This document shows positions 16,568-25,723 of a DNA stretch of 64,000 nt, in pieces. Under the pieces are notes generated by a model that was not told the DNA's origin, made no database searches, and was given only the letters and a program-made list of their open reading frames with translations. The stretch covers positions 42,478 to 106,477 of the forward strand of contig CAJBVW010000056.1 of NCBI GenBank assembly GCA_903959175.1. The letters are read 5' to 3'. The translations under genes and the position numbers were made by a program. How positions within the stretch are numbered: position 1 is the first letter of the stretch; each line of letters opens with the position of its first letter. Source of the stretch: an uncultured Pseudomonadota bacterium (lineage in GTDB: Bacteria; Myxococcota_A; UBA796; SXON01).

Positions 16568-19500
16568 GTCGCGACGATCCGCACGGACTCCACGCCGTCG
16601 AGCGTGACGTGTAGATCGCCCGTACTCTGCGCGCGGTGATGGTTGCGCAGTCGCACCGTGTTCGGGAAGGTCGCGACGGCATTGGGGTCGTTGACCCCCG
16701 TCGTGTAGACGAGCTGCACGCGCATCTGGCGCGCGACGGTGCGTTGGAGCTCGAGGAGGGGCACACTCGAGCAGGTGCCGACGGGGTTGTCTAGCAGGAG
16801 CACGCCGCCGTCGGCGCGCCCGCGATGGCCGCGCCGCCGGGCGCGGAGCTGGGCGAGCGTGCAATAGAGCAGGATCGCGACGGTGAGCTGCTGACCGCGG
16901 CTGAAGGTCTGCATCTCCACTACCGGTAGCCGGTCCCTACGCAGGAGCGCGTCGGGCTTGAGCAGCGTGGCCTCCACGCGCTGGCCGGCCAGCTCGAGCA
17001 CGGCGGCGAGTACGAGCTCGCGCCCCTCGGGAATGTGCCCCTTGGCCACGAGGCGATCCAGGAGCGGCTCCAGCCGCGCGCGTCGCTCGACCTGCCCCGT
17101 CGGCACCTCCGCCCGGATGCGCAGGAAGGGCTCGCCCTCCCAGGCGCCGAGGCCCGGCGGGAGGCGGCTCGCCCTTTCGGCCTCCTGCAAGAGACGCACG
17201 CCGTCCATCGCGATCTTTTCGAGCTCGGTCAGCACGAGGCGGCGATCCTCGTCGATCTCGCCGAGGGTGGCCCGCACCACGTCGAGCCGGGATTCGACGT
17301 CCGCGGCCAGCTCGGGGGCCGCGCGGGCCAGTTCTTCCGGGGGCGACTTCAACCGCTCCTTCACGCGGCTGCGGTGGGCATCGTGCTGGGGATCGGTCGC
17401 GACGGAGCGGAGCACTTCCGCGAGGTTCTCCGAATCCTTCCGAGCCTCGAAAGCGAGCCGGGTTGCGTCGCGGACGGCGAGGAGCCGGGCGTCGACCAGG
17501 GTGTCGACGGCGTCTCCCAGCTCGCACGGCGGCGCGCTTCGGGCGTCTCCGAGCTGGTCGACTAGGCGCTTGCGACGCTGTTCGCACCGGGCGGCCTCCG
17601 CGTCCGCGTCACGACGTTCGCGGTCGAGCGTCGCTGCACGTTCGGCTTCGCGTCGCGAGCGCTCCGTTGCATCGTCACGCTCGTTTCGACAACGGAGGGC
17701 GGTCGACCGAGCCGATTCGGCGGTGTCCGGCGGCGGGCCGGGGGGCAGGTCGTCTGCCTCGCGTCGGCGGGGCGCCGCTTGCGCGGCCTTGCGCGCGTCG
17801 GCGAGCCGGACGTCGGTGGTGGCCTTCCAAGTCTTCGCGGCTTCGTACTTGGGTGCGGCAGCGGCTCGGTGGCTCTCTCCTTCGCCGTCCGGCACCGCTG
17901 CCACGCCGGGTTCACGGCCGCGCGCGAGGGTGCGGGCCCGTCCGAGCTCGTCGCGCAGGCGCGCGTCGAGCTGCTCGAGCTCCCACTGCAGCCGGTCGTC
18001 GGACACCACCCGGTCCCAGCGGGCGCGCAGTGCGCTCCAGGCGGCGCGCGCGCGCACCAGCGTCTGCTCCTCCGGGGGGAGGGTGTCTGAGAGGTCGACG
18101 GCGTCCCGCTCGGCGAGAAGCTTGGTCCGGGTAGCCTCGTGTGCCTTCGCGCTGTCGCGCGCTTGGAGCCACGCGTCGTCGACGCCGGCCCGTTCGACGG
18201 CCAGCGTCGTGAGCTCGCGCACGATCACCTCGCGGCGCTCGGTTGCGGCGTCCTTGCGCTCTCGCTGCTCGTCGACACGGCGCTCGTACCGATCGACAAA
18301 GTCGGCCACACGGGCAGTGTTCCGCTCGGCCGTGATCGCTGCCTCCTCCGCGATCCGCCGCGCGACGTCCTCGTCGCGCTCGCGGGCGTCCTCGACGCGA
18401 ACCCGGAGGGCCGCGGCGTCCCGCTCGATCAAAGCACGATCACGGGCCGCGACGCGTTGATCGAGGTCGGAGCTCGCGAGCGCGAGCCGCCCGTCCCCCC
18501 ACTGTGCCCGCCACCGGGCGAGCGCACTGGCCGTCTCGCGCAACGCGCGCTCCCGTTCGGTTAGCTCCTGGCGCTCCTGCTCGCGGCGGCGCCCCAGCTT
18601 CTCGAGTTCCTCGGCCAGGCGGGCCCCGGCTGCGCTGTCCCAGTGCGCGGCGTGCCCTGGCAGGACGAGGCGGCCGTCTGTCGTGCTCGGGTCGAGCCGC
18701 GTGGGCGCCACCACGACCGGCTGCCGGGTGACGTGGGTTGCGAGCATGGCCCGTACTTTTTCTACGGCGTGGGCGTCCGGAACGACCACGCCGTGCCAAA
18801 GCGCCGGATCGCTCGCCACCAACTCCTCCCGCCGGCGCGGGTCCGGCTCGTTCTCCGCCAGCCATCCGGCCGCGGACCACGACGGAATCCCCGACGCGGC
18901 GAGGGTGGCGAGGGTGCGGGCCACGTCCGGCGCCGGAGGGAGACGCCCCGTCTGGGCGAGGGCACGGCTCGCGCGGTCGTCCTCGGCGCCGTCGACCGCG
19001 CCTACGAGCACGCGCTGGTGCGCCGCCTCCGCGCCCGCGAGCAGGCGGTCGTGGAGCCCAAGCGCGTCGAGATCAGGTGTATCTCCTTCGCTATCCCGCA
19101 CGATGGGCGAGGCGACGATTCGATCGCGCTCCTTTCGCGCCTCGCTGAGTCGCTTCCCCTCCGCCGCAATCTCCGCGTCCAGGCGGGCCGCTGTGGCGCT
19201 AGCGGTCCTTTCCTCGCCCGTCGCCACCCGACTGCGTTGGCGGGCCTCCTCCCGCTCCAGGCGGTGCCGCTCGGCGGCCTCCCTCCGCGCGACACCCTCC
19301 GCAGCCCAGCGCGACCGGGCCGCCTCGGCGTCCTCTCGAAGGTCCACTACGCCGTCCGCGCGCAGACGCTCGCGCTCCCGGCTCCGTTCTGCGAGCCAAT
19401 AGTCCACCTGCGCGACCGCCGCCGCGAGGCTGGCCGACTCTCCGTCCAGCGCGCGTTGACGTGTATCGCATTCGTCTCGACGCAGGCCAGCCTGGACGCC

Positions 19501-20850
19501 GGCACGACGCGCCTCTTCCGCCTGTTCGCCCTCGATGTCCGCCGCCTGGGCGAGCCGCGCCCGGAGCGTGGTCCCGGCGCGTGCCACCTCTCGCCGGAGC
19601 GGCTCCTGCTCGAGCTGCGCCGCTGCGAGCGCCTGCGCCTTCGCGTCGCGCTCTGCCTGGGTTTGCCCCGCCACGTCCCGCGCGCCCGCTGCCTCGCCGA
19701 CGTACACCGCCTCCTCGGCCGCGACCGCCGTGGCCTCCGCGCCCTTGGCCGCCGCCTCAGCCTCGGCGAGGTCGAGCTCGATCGCCCGGCGCTCCAGCCC
19801 GTTCGCCCACCGGCCCAGTTTTGCCGCCTCATTCTCGCCGTCCTTCGCGTCCTTTGCCGCGCGCTCCTTCGCCTCGCCCGCCAGGCGCGCATGGGTGGCG
19901 TGGCTCGCTCCGCGTGCAACCACCGCTGCGAGCACGGAGCGGCCTTCGCGCTCGGCCTCGGCCAGCCGGACTTCTCGCTCCTTAAGCCGGTCCAACGCCG
20001 CGATCAAGGGGAGTAGCGCCCCGCGCACGTCGAGGAGGAAGGCCTGCTCCGCCAACAAGCCCGGCCGGCGCTCCAGCTTTCCTCGGTAACCCTCGAGGTT
20101 CGCCGATACCTGATCCGCCTCCACCGTGTCGAAGGCGATATCCAAGTAGAACCGGATGAACTCGTCGGTGGTGCGGAAGCGGAAGGCCTCGTCGGCGCTC
20201 CCCTCTCGCGCGTTCATCTTGAGCTGGTAGCGGAACAGCTCGGGGTCAAGACCGATCTTCTCGAGGTGCTCCGCCCACTTGCGCGGGGTGTCCTCCGAGA
20301 AGGGCTCCAGCTCGGGATGGTCCTGGCGCAGGGTGTCCAGCCACTGCCGGAACGCGTCGTAGCTCCGTACCGGCGACGGGCCGAGGCCGTCCACCGGCAG
20401 CTCGTCGAGGCCCAGGGAGGGGCTCACCACGAACGAGAAGAATCGGCGTCTGAGCTTGGAGACATCCTGGCTCTTCTGGCGGTCCTTCCAGGAGAGCACT
20501 TGCCCGACCACGCGGCGGCGGCCCGGTCGGGCGCCGAAAAGTGTCTCTTCCGCGACCGGCTCCACGTCCCACTCGGTCACGACGAACGCGAGGTCGTCGG
20601 CCTTGACGTAGTCCTCGAGGTGCCGCGCGCGCCCTTCGGCGCTGGCGCCGAGGAACTCGCGGCGATCGGGGCGGAACAGCGAGTAGAACAGGTTGAGGAT
20701 CGTGCTCTTGCCGCCGCCGTTGCGGAGCCAAAGAACCGAGTCGGTGCCGGTACCTCCGGCGTCGCGCGCGCGCAGGTCCAGGGTGAGCGGCGCCAGCCGC
20801 GCGTCGGGGTGGCCCACGGACGCGAAGTGGACGCGGAGCAGGCGGGGCAT
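16564..20850 (-). CDS. jetC: Wadjet JetC (SMC-like ATPase, MksB family)
   Basis: 1428 aa. N-terminal Walker A WLRNGGGKSTILNLFYSLF, a very long Ala/Glu/Arg-rich coiled-coil middle, and a C-terminal head with VLLLDNPVGTCSS. Start overlaps the jetB stop. Confidence 0.85.
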   Translation of the reverse strand: MPRLLRVHFASVGHPDARLAPLTLDLRARDAGGTGTDSVLWLRNGGGKSTILNLFYSLFRPDRREFLGASAEGRARHLEDYVKADDLAFVVTEWDVEPVAEETLFGARPGRRRVVGQVLSWKDRQKSQDVSKLRRRFFSFVVSPSLGLDELPVDGLGPSPVRSYDAFRQWLDTLRQDHPELEPFSEDTPRKWAEHLEKIGLDPELFRYQLKMNAREGSADEAFRFRTTDEFIRFYLDIAFDTVEADQVSANLEGYRGKLERRPGLLAEQAFLLDVRGALLPLIAALDRLKEREVRLAEAEREGRSVLAAVVARGASHATHARLAGEAKERAAKDAKDGENEAAKLGRWANGLERRAIELDLAEAEAAAKGAEATAVAAEEAVYVGEAAGARDVAGQTQAERDAKAQALAAAQLEQEPLRREVARAGTTLRARLAQAADIEGEQAEEARRAGVQAGLRRDECDTRQRALDGESASLAAAVAQVDYWLAERSRERERLRADGVVDLREDAEAARSRWAAEGVARREAAERHRLEREEARQRSRVATGEERTASATAARLDAEIAAEGKRLSEARKERDRIVASPIVRDSEGDTPDLDALGLHDRLLAGAEAAHQRVLVGAVDGAEDDRASRALAQTGRLPPAPDVARTLATLAASGIPSWSAAGWLAENEPDPRRREELVASDPALWHGVVVPDAHAVEKVRAMLATHVTRQPVVVAPTRLDPSTTDGRLVLPGHAAHWDSAAGARLAEELEKLGRRREQERQELTERERALRETASALARWRAQWGDGRLALASSDLDQRVAARDRALIERDAAALRVRVEDARERDEDVARRIAEEAAITAERNTARVADFVDRYERRVDEQRERKDAATERREVIVRELTTLAVERAGVDDAWLQARDSAKAHEATRTKLLAERDAVDLSDTLPPEEQTLVRARAAWSALRARWDRVVSDDRLQWELEQLDARLRDELGRARTLARGREPGVAAVPDGEGESHRAAAAPKYEAAKTWKATTDVRLADARKAAQAAPRRREADDLPPGPPPDTAESARSTALRCRNERDDATERSRREAERAATLDRERRDADAEAARCEQRRKRLVDQLGDARSAPPCELGDAVDTLVDARLLAVRDATRLAFEARKDSENLAEVLRSVATDPQHDAHRSRVKERLKSPPEELARAAPELAADVESRLDVVRATLGEIDEDRRLVLTELEKIAMDGVRLLQEAERASRLPPGLGAWEGEPFLRIRAEVPTGQVERRARLEPLLDRLVAKGHIPEGRELVLAAVLELAGQRVEATLLKPDALLRRDRLPVVEMQTFSRGQQLTVAILLYCTLAQLRARRRGHRGRADGGVLLLDNPVGTCSSVPLLELQRTVARQMRVQLVYTTGVNDPNAVATFPNTVRLRNHHRAQSTGDLHVTLDGVESVRIVAT

Positions 20851-21554
20851 CAGGGATCTCCGCGCGAGATGGAGGACACGAGTCGGAAGGCTTCATGCGC
20901 GGCGAGGTCGCGCACCTGCACCCGCCAGGCCGGGCGGACGAGCCAGGTGCCTCCTCGCTCTTCGCCCTCTTTGCGCAGCAGGCCCTCCTGCCCGAGCCGG
21001 TCCAGCGCCCACCCCACCATGCCGGTGAGCGTGTGGGAGGCCCGGCGGCCGTCCCCCGTGTCGCGCGTCTCGGCGCGGGAGAGCACGACGCGCCATGCCT
21101 CCTGGAGCTCCGGCCTCGCGATTTCAGGATCCACGGTAGCGCGTCGCTGGAGCTCGATGCACGCAGCGCGCAGGTAGTCGACCACGTCCTGGACGCTCAC
21201 GCGGACGAGCCCGCGGTCCTCATCTTCGAGCGCCGCTGCGTTGGGGAAGCACCATGCGGCGATCGCCACCTGCACCAGGCCGTGGGCGAGGCGGTCCTCC
21301 ACCGTCAGGTTCAGCCGGTAGTCCGCCAAGCGGAAGGCGAAGGGAGACCCGGCCTCGGCTGCCAGCACGAGCCCCTGGTCGAGCGCGTCGAGCACCCGCA
21401 CTCCGAGCCCCCGGGTGAACGCCTCGAACTGTCCGCGGAACGCGCCGTCCACGCGGAAGCGGCGCAGGAGCTCCCGGTGCTCCGCGTCCATCCCTCGACT
21501 CTTCTCCAGGCTGTAGGCCAGGAGCCGCCCACAGGTCTCCGCGTCCGTACTCAT
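20850..21554 (-). CDS. jetB: Wadjet JetB (MksE-like, DUF4194-type)
   Basis: 234 aa from ATG 21554 (ATGA overlap with the jetA stop). Its size and its position between the kleisin-like and SMC-like genes fit JetB. Confidence 0.7.
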   Translation of the reverse strand: MSTDAETCGRLLAYSLEKSRGMDAEHRELLRRFRVDGAFRGQFEAFTRGLGVRVLDALDQGLVLAAEAGSPFAFRLADYRLNLTVEDRLAHGLVQVAIAAWCFPNAAALEDEDRGLVRVSVQDVVDYLRAACIELQRRATVDPEIARPELQEAWRVVLSRAETRDTGDGRRASHTLTGMVGWALDRLGQEGLLRKEGEERGGTWLVRPAWRVQVRDLAAHEAFRLVSSISRGDP

Positions 21555-22933
21555 GTGCTCACCGTGAAGTCCTGGCCCTCGTACTCGGGATCCCGCAGCG
21601 ATCCGCCCGACGCGACGCGCAGGGTGTCTCCCCCGTCGGGATCCCAGGCCCACAGCGCCCGCAGCACGAGGAGGCGGCGCACCTCGGCCGGGTCGCCCGC
21701 CGCGCGCGAGGTGGCGAGCAGGTGTCCGAGCGTGCCTGCACTGGCGAGGAGGGCGGCAACGCGGACCCGGTGTGCCTCATCGAAGCGTGCCTCAATCGTA
21801 CGGATGTCCTCGAGGATGTCGTCCGCTGCGGTCAACGGCACGTCCCCGGGCGCGCGCCTCGGGGCGAGCAGGGCGTCTACGAGGGACGCGAGGCCGAACA
21901 CGGGGGGCGGCGCCGGGGCGTGGAGGGGGAGGAGCAGGGAGTCCACGAGGGGCTCGACCACGCCGCGCAGCTCGGCGACCAGAGGTTGGAGAACGTCTCT
22001 TTCGAGGTCAGGGAGCGCGCTCGCTCGCCCGCGTCGAAATCGCTGTCGCTCCTGCTCGGCGAGCCAGGTCTCGTTGGCACCGATGAGGTCCTGGTGGAGC
22101 CGCAGGTGGCGCTGACGGCAATCGACGAGGGCGTCGGCAAGCTGCACCAGCGCGGCTGCATCGCCCGCGTCTGCCTCGCCCACGCGCTCGCGAACGGTGT
22201 CGAGCAGCCCACGTTCCACCTCGATCCGCTCGCCGAGGTGCCGCCGCGCCGCGCCGATCGTCCCCAACATCTGCTTCGTGTCGACCTGGGAGACGTCGCG
22301 ACGTGCGCGCCTCAGGGTGTCGCGGATCGTCTCGGCGTACTCAATGCTTCGGAGGCGCGCTTGCCGCGCCGTCGCCACCGCTGCGCCGATCGCGCCGCGC
22401 GCGAGCTGAGCTTTCAACACGGCCTCCGCGGCGGTCTGCGCGTCCTCCACGTCGATGTCGAGCATGCCGGCGTAGAGGTTGATCGCCTCCGTCGTGGCTT
22501 TCAGCACGATCGTGTCGTCGTCCGCTTCTTCCTCGCGGAGCAGATGGAAGGACACGGAGCGCCGGATCGCGCCTTCGGCCTCGTACGAGAGGTAGGGCTC
22601 CTCGAACGCCAATCTACGGTTGGGTTCGTTGAGCAGGCTGTCGATGACCACGTCGGAGATCTCGGCGATGTCCGATGCGGAGAGCCCGGGCTCCGCCGTT
22701 GTCAGGAGCGGCGTCAGCGCCTCGTACAGGTCGGCTCGGCGAGCACCGTAGCCGAGGCCCATGTGTTCGATCGCGCTGTCGATGACGCGGAGCGCCAGCC
22801 CGCGGAGGTCGTGCGGGCCGAGGTCACGGCCGCGGCTCGCCTTGCTCGCCTCCACACGGTGGACCGGCGCAGTGCGGACGAGCGACCGGAGGCGACGGGT
22901 GAGCGTGTGTTCCCAGCGTTCGGCTTCGGGCAT
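21551..22933 (-). CDS. jetA: Wadjet JetA (MksF/kleisin-like, DUF3375-type)
   Basis: 460 aa. It is the first gene of the four-gene minus-strand operon. The protein looks helical. Assignment rests mostly on operon order and size. Confidence 0.7.
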   Translation of the reverse strand: MPEAERWEHTLTRRLRSLVRTAPVHRVEASKASRGRDLGPHDLRGLALRVIDSAIEHMGLGYGARRADLYEALTPLLTTAEPGLSASDIAEISDVVIDSLLNEPNRRLAFEEPYLSYEAEGAIRRSVSFHLLREEEADDDTIVLKATTEAINLYAGMLDIDVEDAQTAAEAVLKAQLARGAIGAAVATARQARLRSIEYAETIRDTLRRARRDVSQVDTKQMLGTIGAARRHLGERIEVERGLLDTVRERVGEADAGDAAALVQLADALVDCRQRHLRLHQDLIGANETWLAEQERQRFRRGRASALPDLERDVLQPLVAELRGVVEPLVDSLLLPLHAPAPPPVFGLASLVDALLAPRRAPGDVPLTAADDILEDIRTIEARFDEAHRVRVAALLASAGTLGHLLATSRAAGDPAEVRRLLVLRALWAWDPDGGDTLRVASGGSLRDPEYEGQDFTVST

Positions 22934-23047
22934 GGCGTCGGTCAGGTATCCCGAGGGGGCGCCTCGGTGGAGGTGGGACGGGAACTACATCAACTTGCGC
23001 TCCGCGCTCGTTGCCCGCGGCGCCAGAGCTTCTTGCCGGCGCGCGCC

Positions 23048-23069
23048 ACCCGGGACACACCCGGGACAC
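23048..23069. repeat. 11-bp perfect tandem duplication (ACCCGGGACAC x2) upstream of jetA
   Basis: Read directly: acccgggacac at 23048-23058 and again at 23059-23069. It contains the palindrome CCCGGG. Confidence 0.9.
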
Positions 23070-23186
23070 ACCGACCCCCGTTCTGCTCCCTCCTCGCCCC
23101 CGCTCGTCCCTCACCATCCTCCGCTACTCCCCGCCTTCCTCCTCACTTCCCGGCCCCGGAGGCCGAACCTCACGATCCCCCGGCAC

Positions 23187-23205
23187 ACTCCCGCCGCCTC
23201 CACCA
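23187..23205 (+). repeat. Left copy of a 19-bp direct repeat ACTCCCGCCGCCTCCACCA (putative att core, tRNA/tmRNA 3'-end-like)
   Basis: Identical 19-mer at 54386-54404. It lies 36 nt from the 3' end of the integrase gene. Confidence 0.85.
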
Positions 23206-23240
23206 TTTTTTCCTCAATGATTCCGGTGGCTTAGTCATGG

Positions 23241-24380
23241 CTAAGCCCCCTCTCCAGGGCCCGCGTGCCGCAAAAGTGCCGCGGAGTCCTCGGGGGGATC
23301 GAGGACCATCACTGCGTCCGCCTGGGCCTCGGGGCTCAGGTGGGCGTAGCGCTGGGTCATCTCGACGGTGCTGTGGCCCAGCAGCCGCTGCAGCACGTAG
23401 ATGCTCCCGCTCGCCATCACGAACTGTGAGGCGAAGCTGTGCCGCAGGTCGTGGATGCGGATGAGCCGCACGCCCGAGGCCTCGATCCCGCGCCGGAAGG
23501 GGTGCTTGACGCGGTTCGAGTCGAGGATCAGCCCCTCGTCCGACAGGAACACCCGCTCCTGCGTGGCGTACGCGAGCTTGTGCTCCGCCAACGCGGTGTA
23601 GAGCACCGGGCTCATCGGCACCGAACGGCCCTTGCCGCTCTTCGGCGTCGTCTCCGTCCCGTGGCTGTAGCTCCGCCGGACGTGGACCTTCCGGCTGGTC
23701 AGGTCCACGTCCGCCCAGCGCAGCGCCGCCAGCTCGCCCATGCGGAGCCCGGTGCGGAGCGCCGTGAGGAAGAACGGGTACCACCGCGGCCGCACCTCCT
23801 GGATCGCCTTGAGGAACCTCTCCGACTCCTCCGCGGTCCAGAAGCCGAAGTCCTCGTCCAGCCGGTCCACCCGGCAGGGCTTGACCTGCCGCGCCGGGTT
23901 CTCGGGGGCGTAGCGCCACTTCACGGCGTCCTCGAACATCGCGCCGAGCACGCCGAGGTGGTTGTTCACCGTCTTGGGGGAGAGGTCGCTCTTCGCGACC
24001 TTGTCGCTCTTGTACTTCTGGATGTCCTCGACCGTGATCGTGCGGATGGTCTTGGCCTTGAACGCGGGCAGGAGGTGGACCCGGAGGATCTGCTCGTAGC
24101 CGCGGTACGCGGTGGGCTTCCAGTCACCGCGCCGCGTGTCCTTCCAGTGCCCGGCGAAGTCGGCGAAGGGCGCGTCCTTCTTGACCTCCTCCGGCTTCGG
24201 CGGGGGCGTCGTCATCTTGTCGTGCAGGGCGCGCTCGTGGGCCAGCGCGTCGCGCTTGAGGGTCACCTCCTTCGGTGCGGCTTCGCGGTGCCGCTTCTTC
24301 TCCCCGGTGACGGGATGGTTGTAGGTGAAGTCGATCATCCAGCTCGTACTTCCCTTGTTCTCACGCTTGTACACGGACAT
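23241..24380 (-). CDS. int: Tyrosine recombinase / phage-type integrase
   Basis: 379 aa. C-terminal catalytic motifs ..GLRMGELAALRWADVDL.., ..IRIHDLRHSFASQ.., ..LLGHSTVEMTQRYAHL. Confidence 0.9.
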   Translation of the reverse strand: MSVYKRENKGSTSWMIDFTYNHPVTGEKKRHREAAPKEVTLKRDALAHERALHDKMTTPPPKPEEVKKDAPFADFAGHWKDTRRGDWKPTAYRGYEQILRVHLLPAFKAKTIRTITVEDIQKYKSDKVAKSDLSPKTVNNHLGVLGAMFEDAVKWRYAPENPARQVKPCRVDRLDEDFGFWTAEESERFLKAIQEVRPRWYPFFLTALRTGLRMGELAALRWADVDLTSRKVHVRRSYSHGTETTPKSGKGRSVPMSPVLYTALAEHKLAYATQERVFLSDEGLILDSNRVKHPFRRGIEASGVRLIRIHDLRHSFASQFVMASGSIYVLQRLLGHSTVEMTQRYAHLSPEAQADAVMVLDPPEDSAALLRHAGPGEGA

Positions 24381-24739
24381 CAGGACGCTCCCGAGCCGCG
24401 ACGGTCTGCCGAGGGAAGCGTAGCATCGGGCGGCGGGGACGTGGACCAGTTGTAGGCGGGGAGGTCGGAGAGGAGCGCCGGTGCGACGCGGGGGACCGGG
24501 CGAGGGCGCGGTGCCGCGGGGGGAGGCTCCGGGGCGTTCCGGCCGAGGGCGGCGAGCACGTTCGCGAGGTCGTAGCGGACGGTGCGATGGCCGAGCTTGT
24601 GAGACGGGATCTTGCCCTCGCAGGTCATGCGGCGGATCAGGCCGACGGTGACGTTGAGGAGGCGAGCGAGCTCGTGGGCGTCGATGAGGGCGGGGAGGGG
24701 GAGGTTGCGGGTCGGGGAGGGGGCGGTGGTGGTCGGCAT
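24380..24739 (-). CDS. xis: Excisionase-like / MerR-type HTH DNA-binding protein
   Basis: Start taken at the internal ATG 24739 (119 aa). HTH ..IDAHELARLLNVTVGLIRRMTCEGKIPSHKLGHRTVRYDLANVLAAL. The stop overlaps the int start (TGATG). Confidence 0.65.
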   Translation of the reverse strand: MPTTTAPSPTRNLPLPALIDAHELARLLNVTVGLIRRMTCEGKIPSHKLGHRTVRYDLANVLAALGRNAPEPPPAAPRPRPVPRVAPALLSDLPAYNWSTSPPPDATLPSADRRGSGAS

Positions 24740-24835
24740 GGTGCGGGCTCGTGGGACGGGAGGTATGTTCCGCACGTCAACATGAGGTACGGTGCTTGTC
24801 TGATACACCCATTAACATTAGTTGTCGAGGCGAAG

Positions 24836-25318
24836 ATGCCTGATCGTCCCCAGCGCAGCCCCCCCATCGTCGATACCGCGACGCTCTTCGGCCGTTGTGT
24901 CGCCGTGATGCGGAAGGACATCGGCCTTTCCCAGGGAGCCTTCGCCGAGCAGCTCGGCATCTCGCGGCCCTCGCTCACCCACATCGAGACCGGAAGGACG
25001 CCGCCGACGTTCTTCTTGCTTCTCAAGTTTGGCCAACACGTCGGCCGCCAGCGGCTCGACCGCGATGCGACCGCGCTGCTCGCCCTGCTTCACATGACGG
25101 CCACGGCGCTCCGTGCCGAGGGCATTCGGGTCAAGAACCGACCTCGCCGTGACACGGACGAGATCGTCGACGCCGCACGCATCGATCGCGTGGTCGGCCG
25201 AATCTACGACGGGGAGTTCAGGGAGGTCATCCCTGTGCGGGTCGTGACCTTCGACGGTGACGACGATGACGACGACGGACCCGTCCGGATCGTGAGGCCC
25301 GACTCCGATGCCGAGTGA
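24836..25318 (+). CDS. XRE-family HTH transcriptional regulator
   Basis: Start taken at ATG 24836 (160 aa). HTH ..MRKDIGLSQGAFAEQLGISRPSLTHIETGRTPP. Divergent from xis/int across a lower-GC 96-nt intergenic region. Confidence 0.75.
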   Translation: MPDRPQRSPPIVDTATLFGRCVAVMRKDIGLSQGAFAEQLGISRPSLTHIETGRTPPTFFLLLKFGQHVGRQRLDRDATALLALLHMTATALRAEGIRVKNRPRRDTDEIVDAARIDRVVGRIYDGEFREVIPVRVVTFDGDDDDDDGPVRIVRPDSDAE

Positions 25319-25417
25319 CCCTCAAGTGCCCTTGGCCACCTGCGCAGCCCACCAGACCCATCACCGAGGGCGCCGTTTCTGCGCCGGACGCCCCGGTCCC
25401 ACCCTGAAGGAGCCCCC

Positions 25418-25723
25418 ATGGCACACGCATACGACGAGGAAGAGGACGAGGACGTAGTCGAGGAGGAAGACGAAGAGGAGGAAGGCGAGGACCCCGACGT
25501 GGTGCTCGCCCGGATCGAGAAGGCGTTTCGTACGGAGCGCGCGCGCATTCGCGCCTCCGTGGACATGGGCGAGCTGCGTGCGCTCCGGTCGGAGTACCAG
25601 GCGCTGGAATCGAACGCGCGGATGCCGCAGGCCGCGCGCATCCGCGCGCGTGACCTCGTCGAGCTCATCGATGACCGCGTGACCGACATCAAGGCGAAGC
25701 GGCTCGCCGACCGGCGGGGCTGA
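25418..25723 (+). CDS. Small acidic hypothetical protein (101 aa)
   Basis: SD-like GAAGGAG lies 6 nt upstream of the ATG. The N-terminus is poly-acidic (EEEDEDVVEEEDEEEEGED). The helical C-terminus is paralogous to the N-terminus of the next ORF. Confidence 0.6.
   Translation: MAHAYDEEEDEDVVEEEDEEEEGEDPDVVLARIEKAFRTERARIRASVDMGELRALRSEYQALESNARMPQAARIRARDLVELIDDRVTDIKAKRLADRRG

Noticed and set aside
15530-16864. Long N-terminal extensions suggested by the track starts: jetD from 16864, the PEPS-like gene from 14689, pVip from 11252, the AlbA_2 gene from 42481, PycTIR from 45636, drmD from 32840, jetB from 21653.
   Set aside because: The extensions lie inside the preceding gene and translate to Arg/Pro-rich junk. 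Internal ATG/GTG codons that form 4-nt overlaps with the upstream stop coincide with the start of recognisable homology.
16958-20016. Plus-strand ORFs of 500 aa (16958-18460) and 457 aa (18643-20016) opposite jetC. Also 20895-22115 and 21722-23464 opposite jetB/jetA.
   Set aside because: Their Ser/Arg-rich low-complexity translations have no motifs. The minus strand encodes a coherent jetABCD operon with coupled junctions.
23228-23247. Hairpin ggcttag-tcatgg-ctaagcc as the Rho-independent terminator of int.
   Set aside because: On the minus (int) strand it is not followed by a U-run. The stem is only 7 bp and includes the stop codon. It is more likely incidental or part of the recombination arm.
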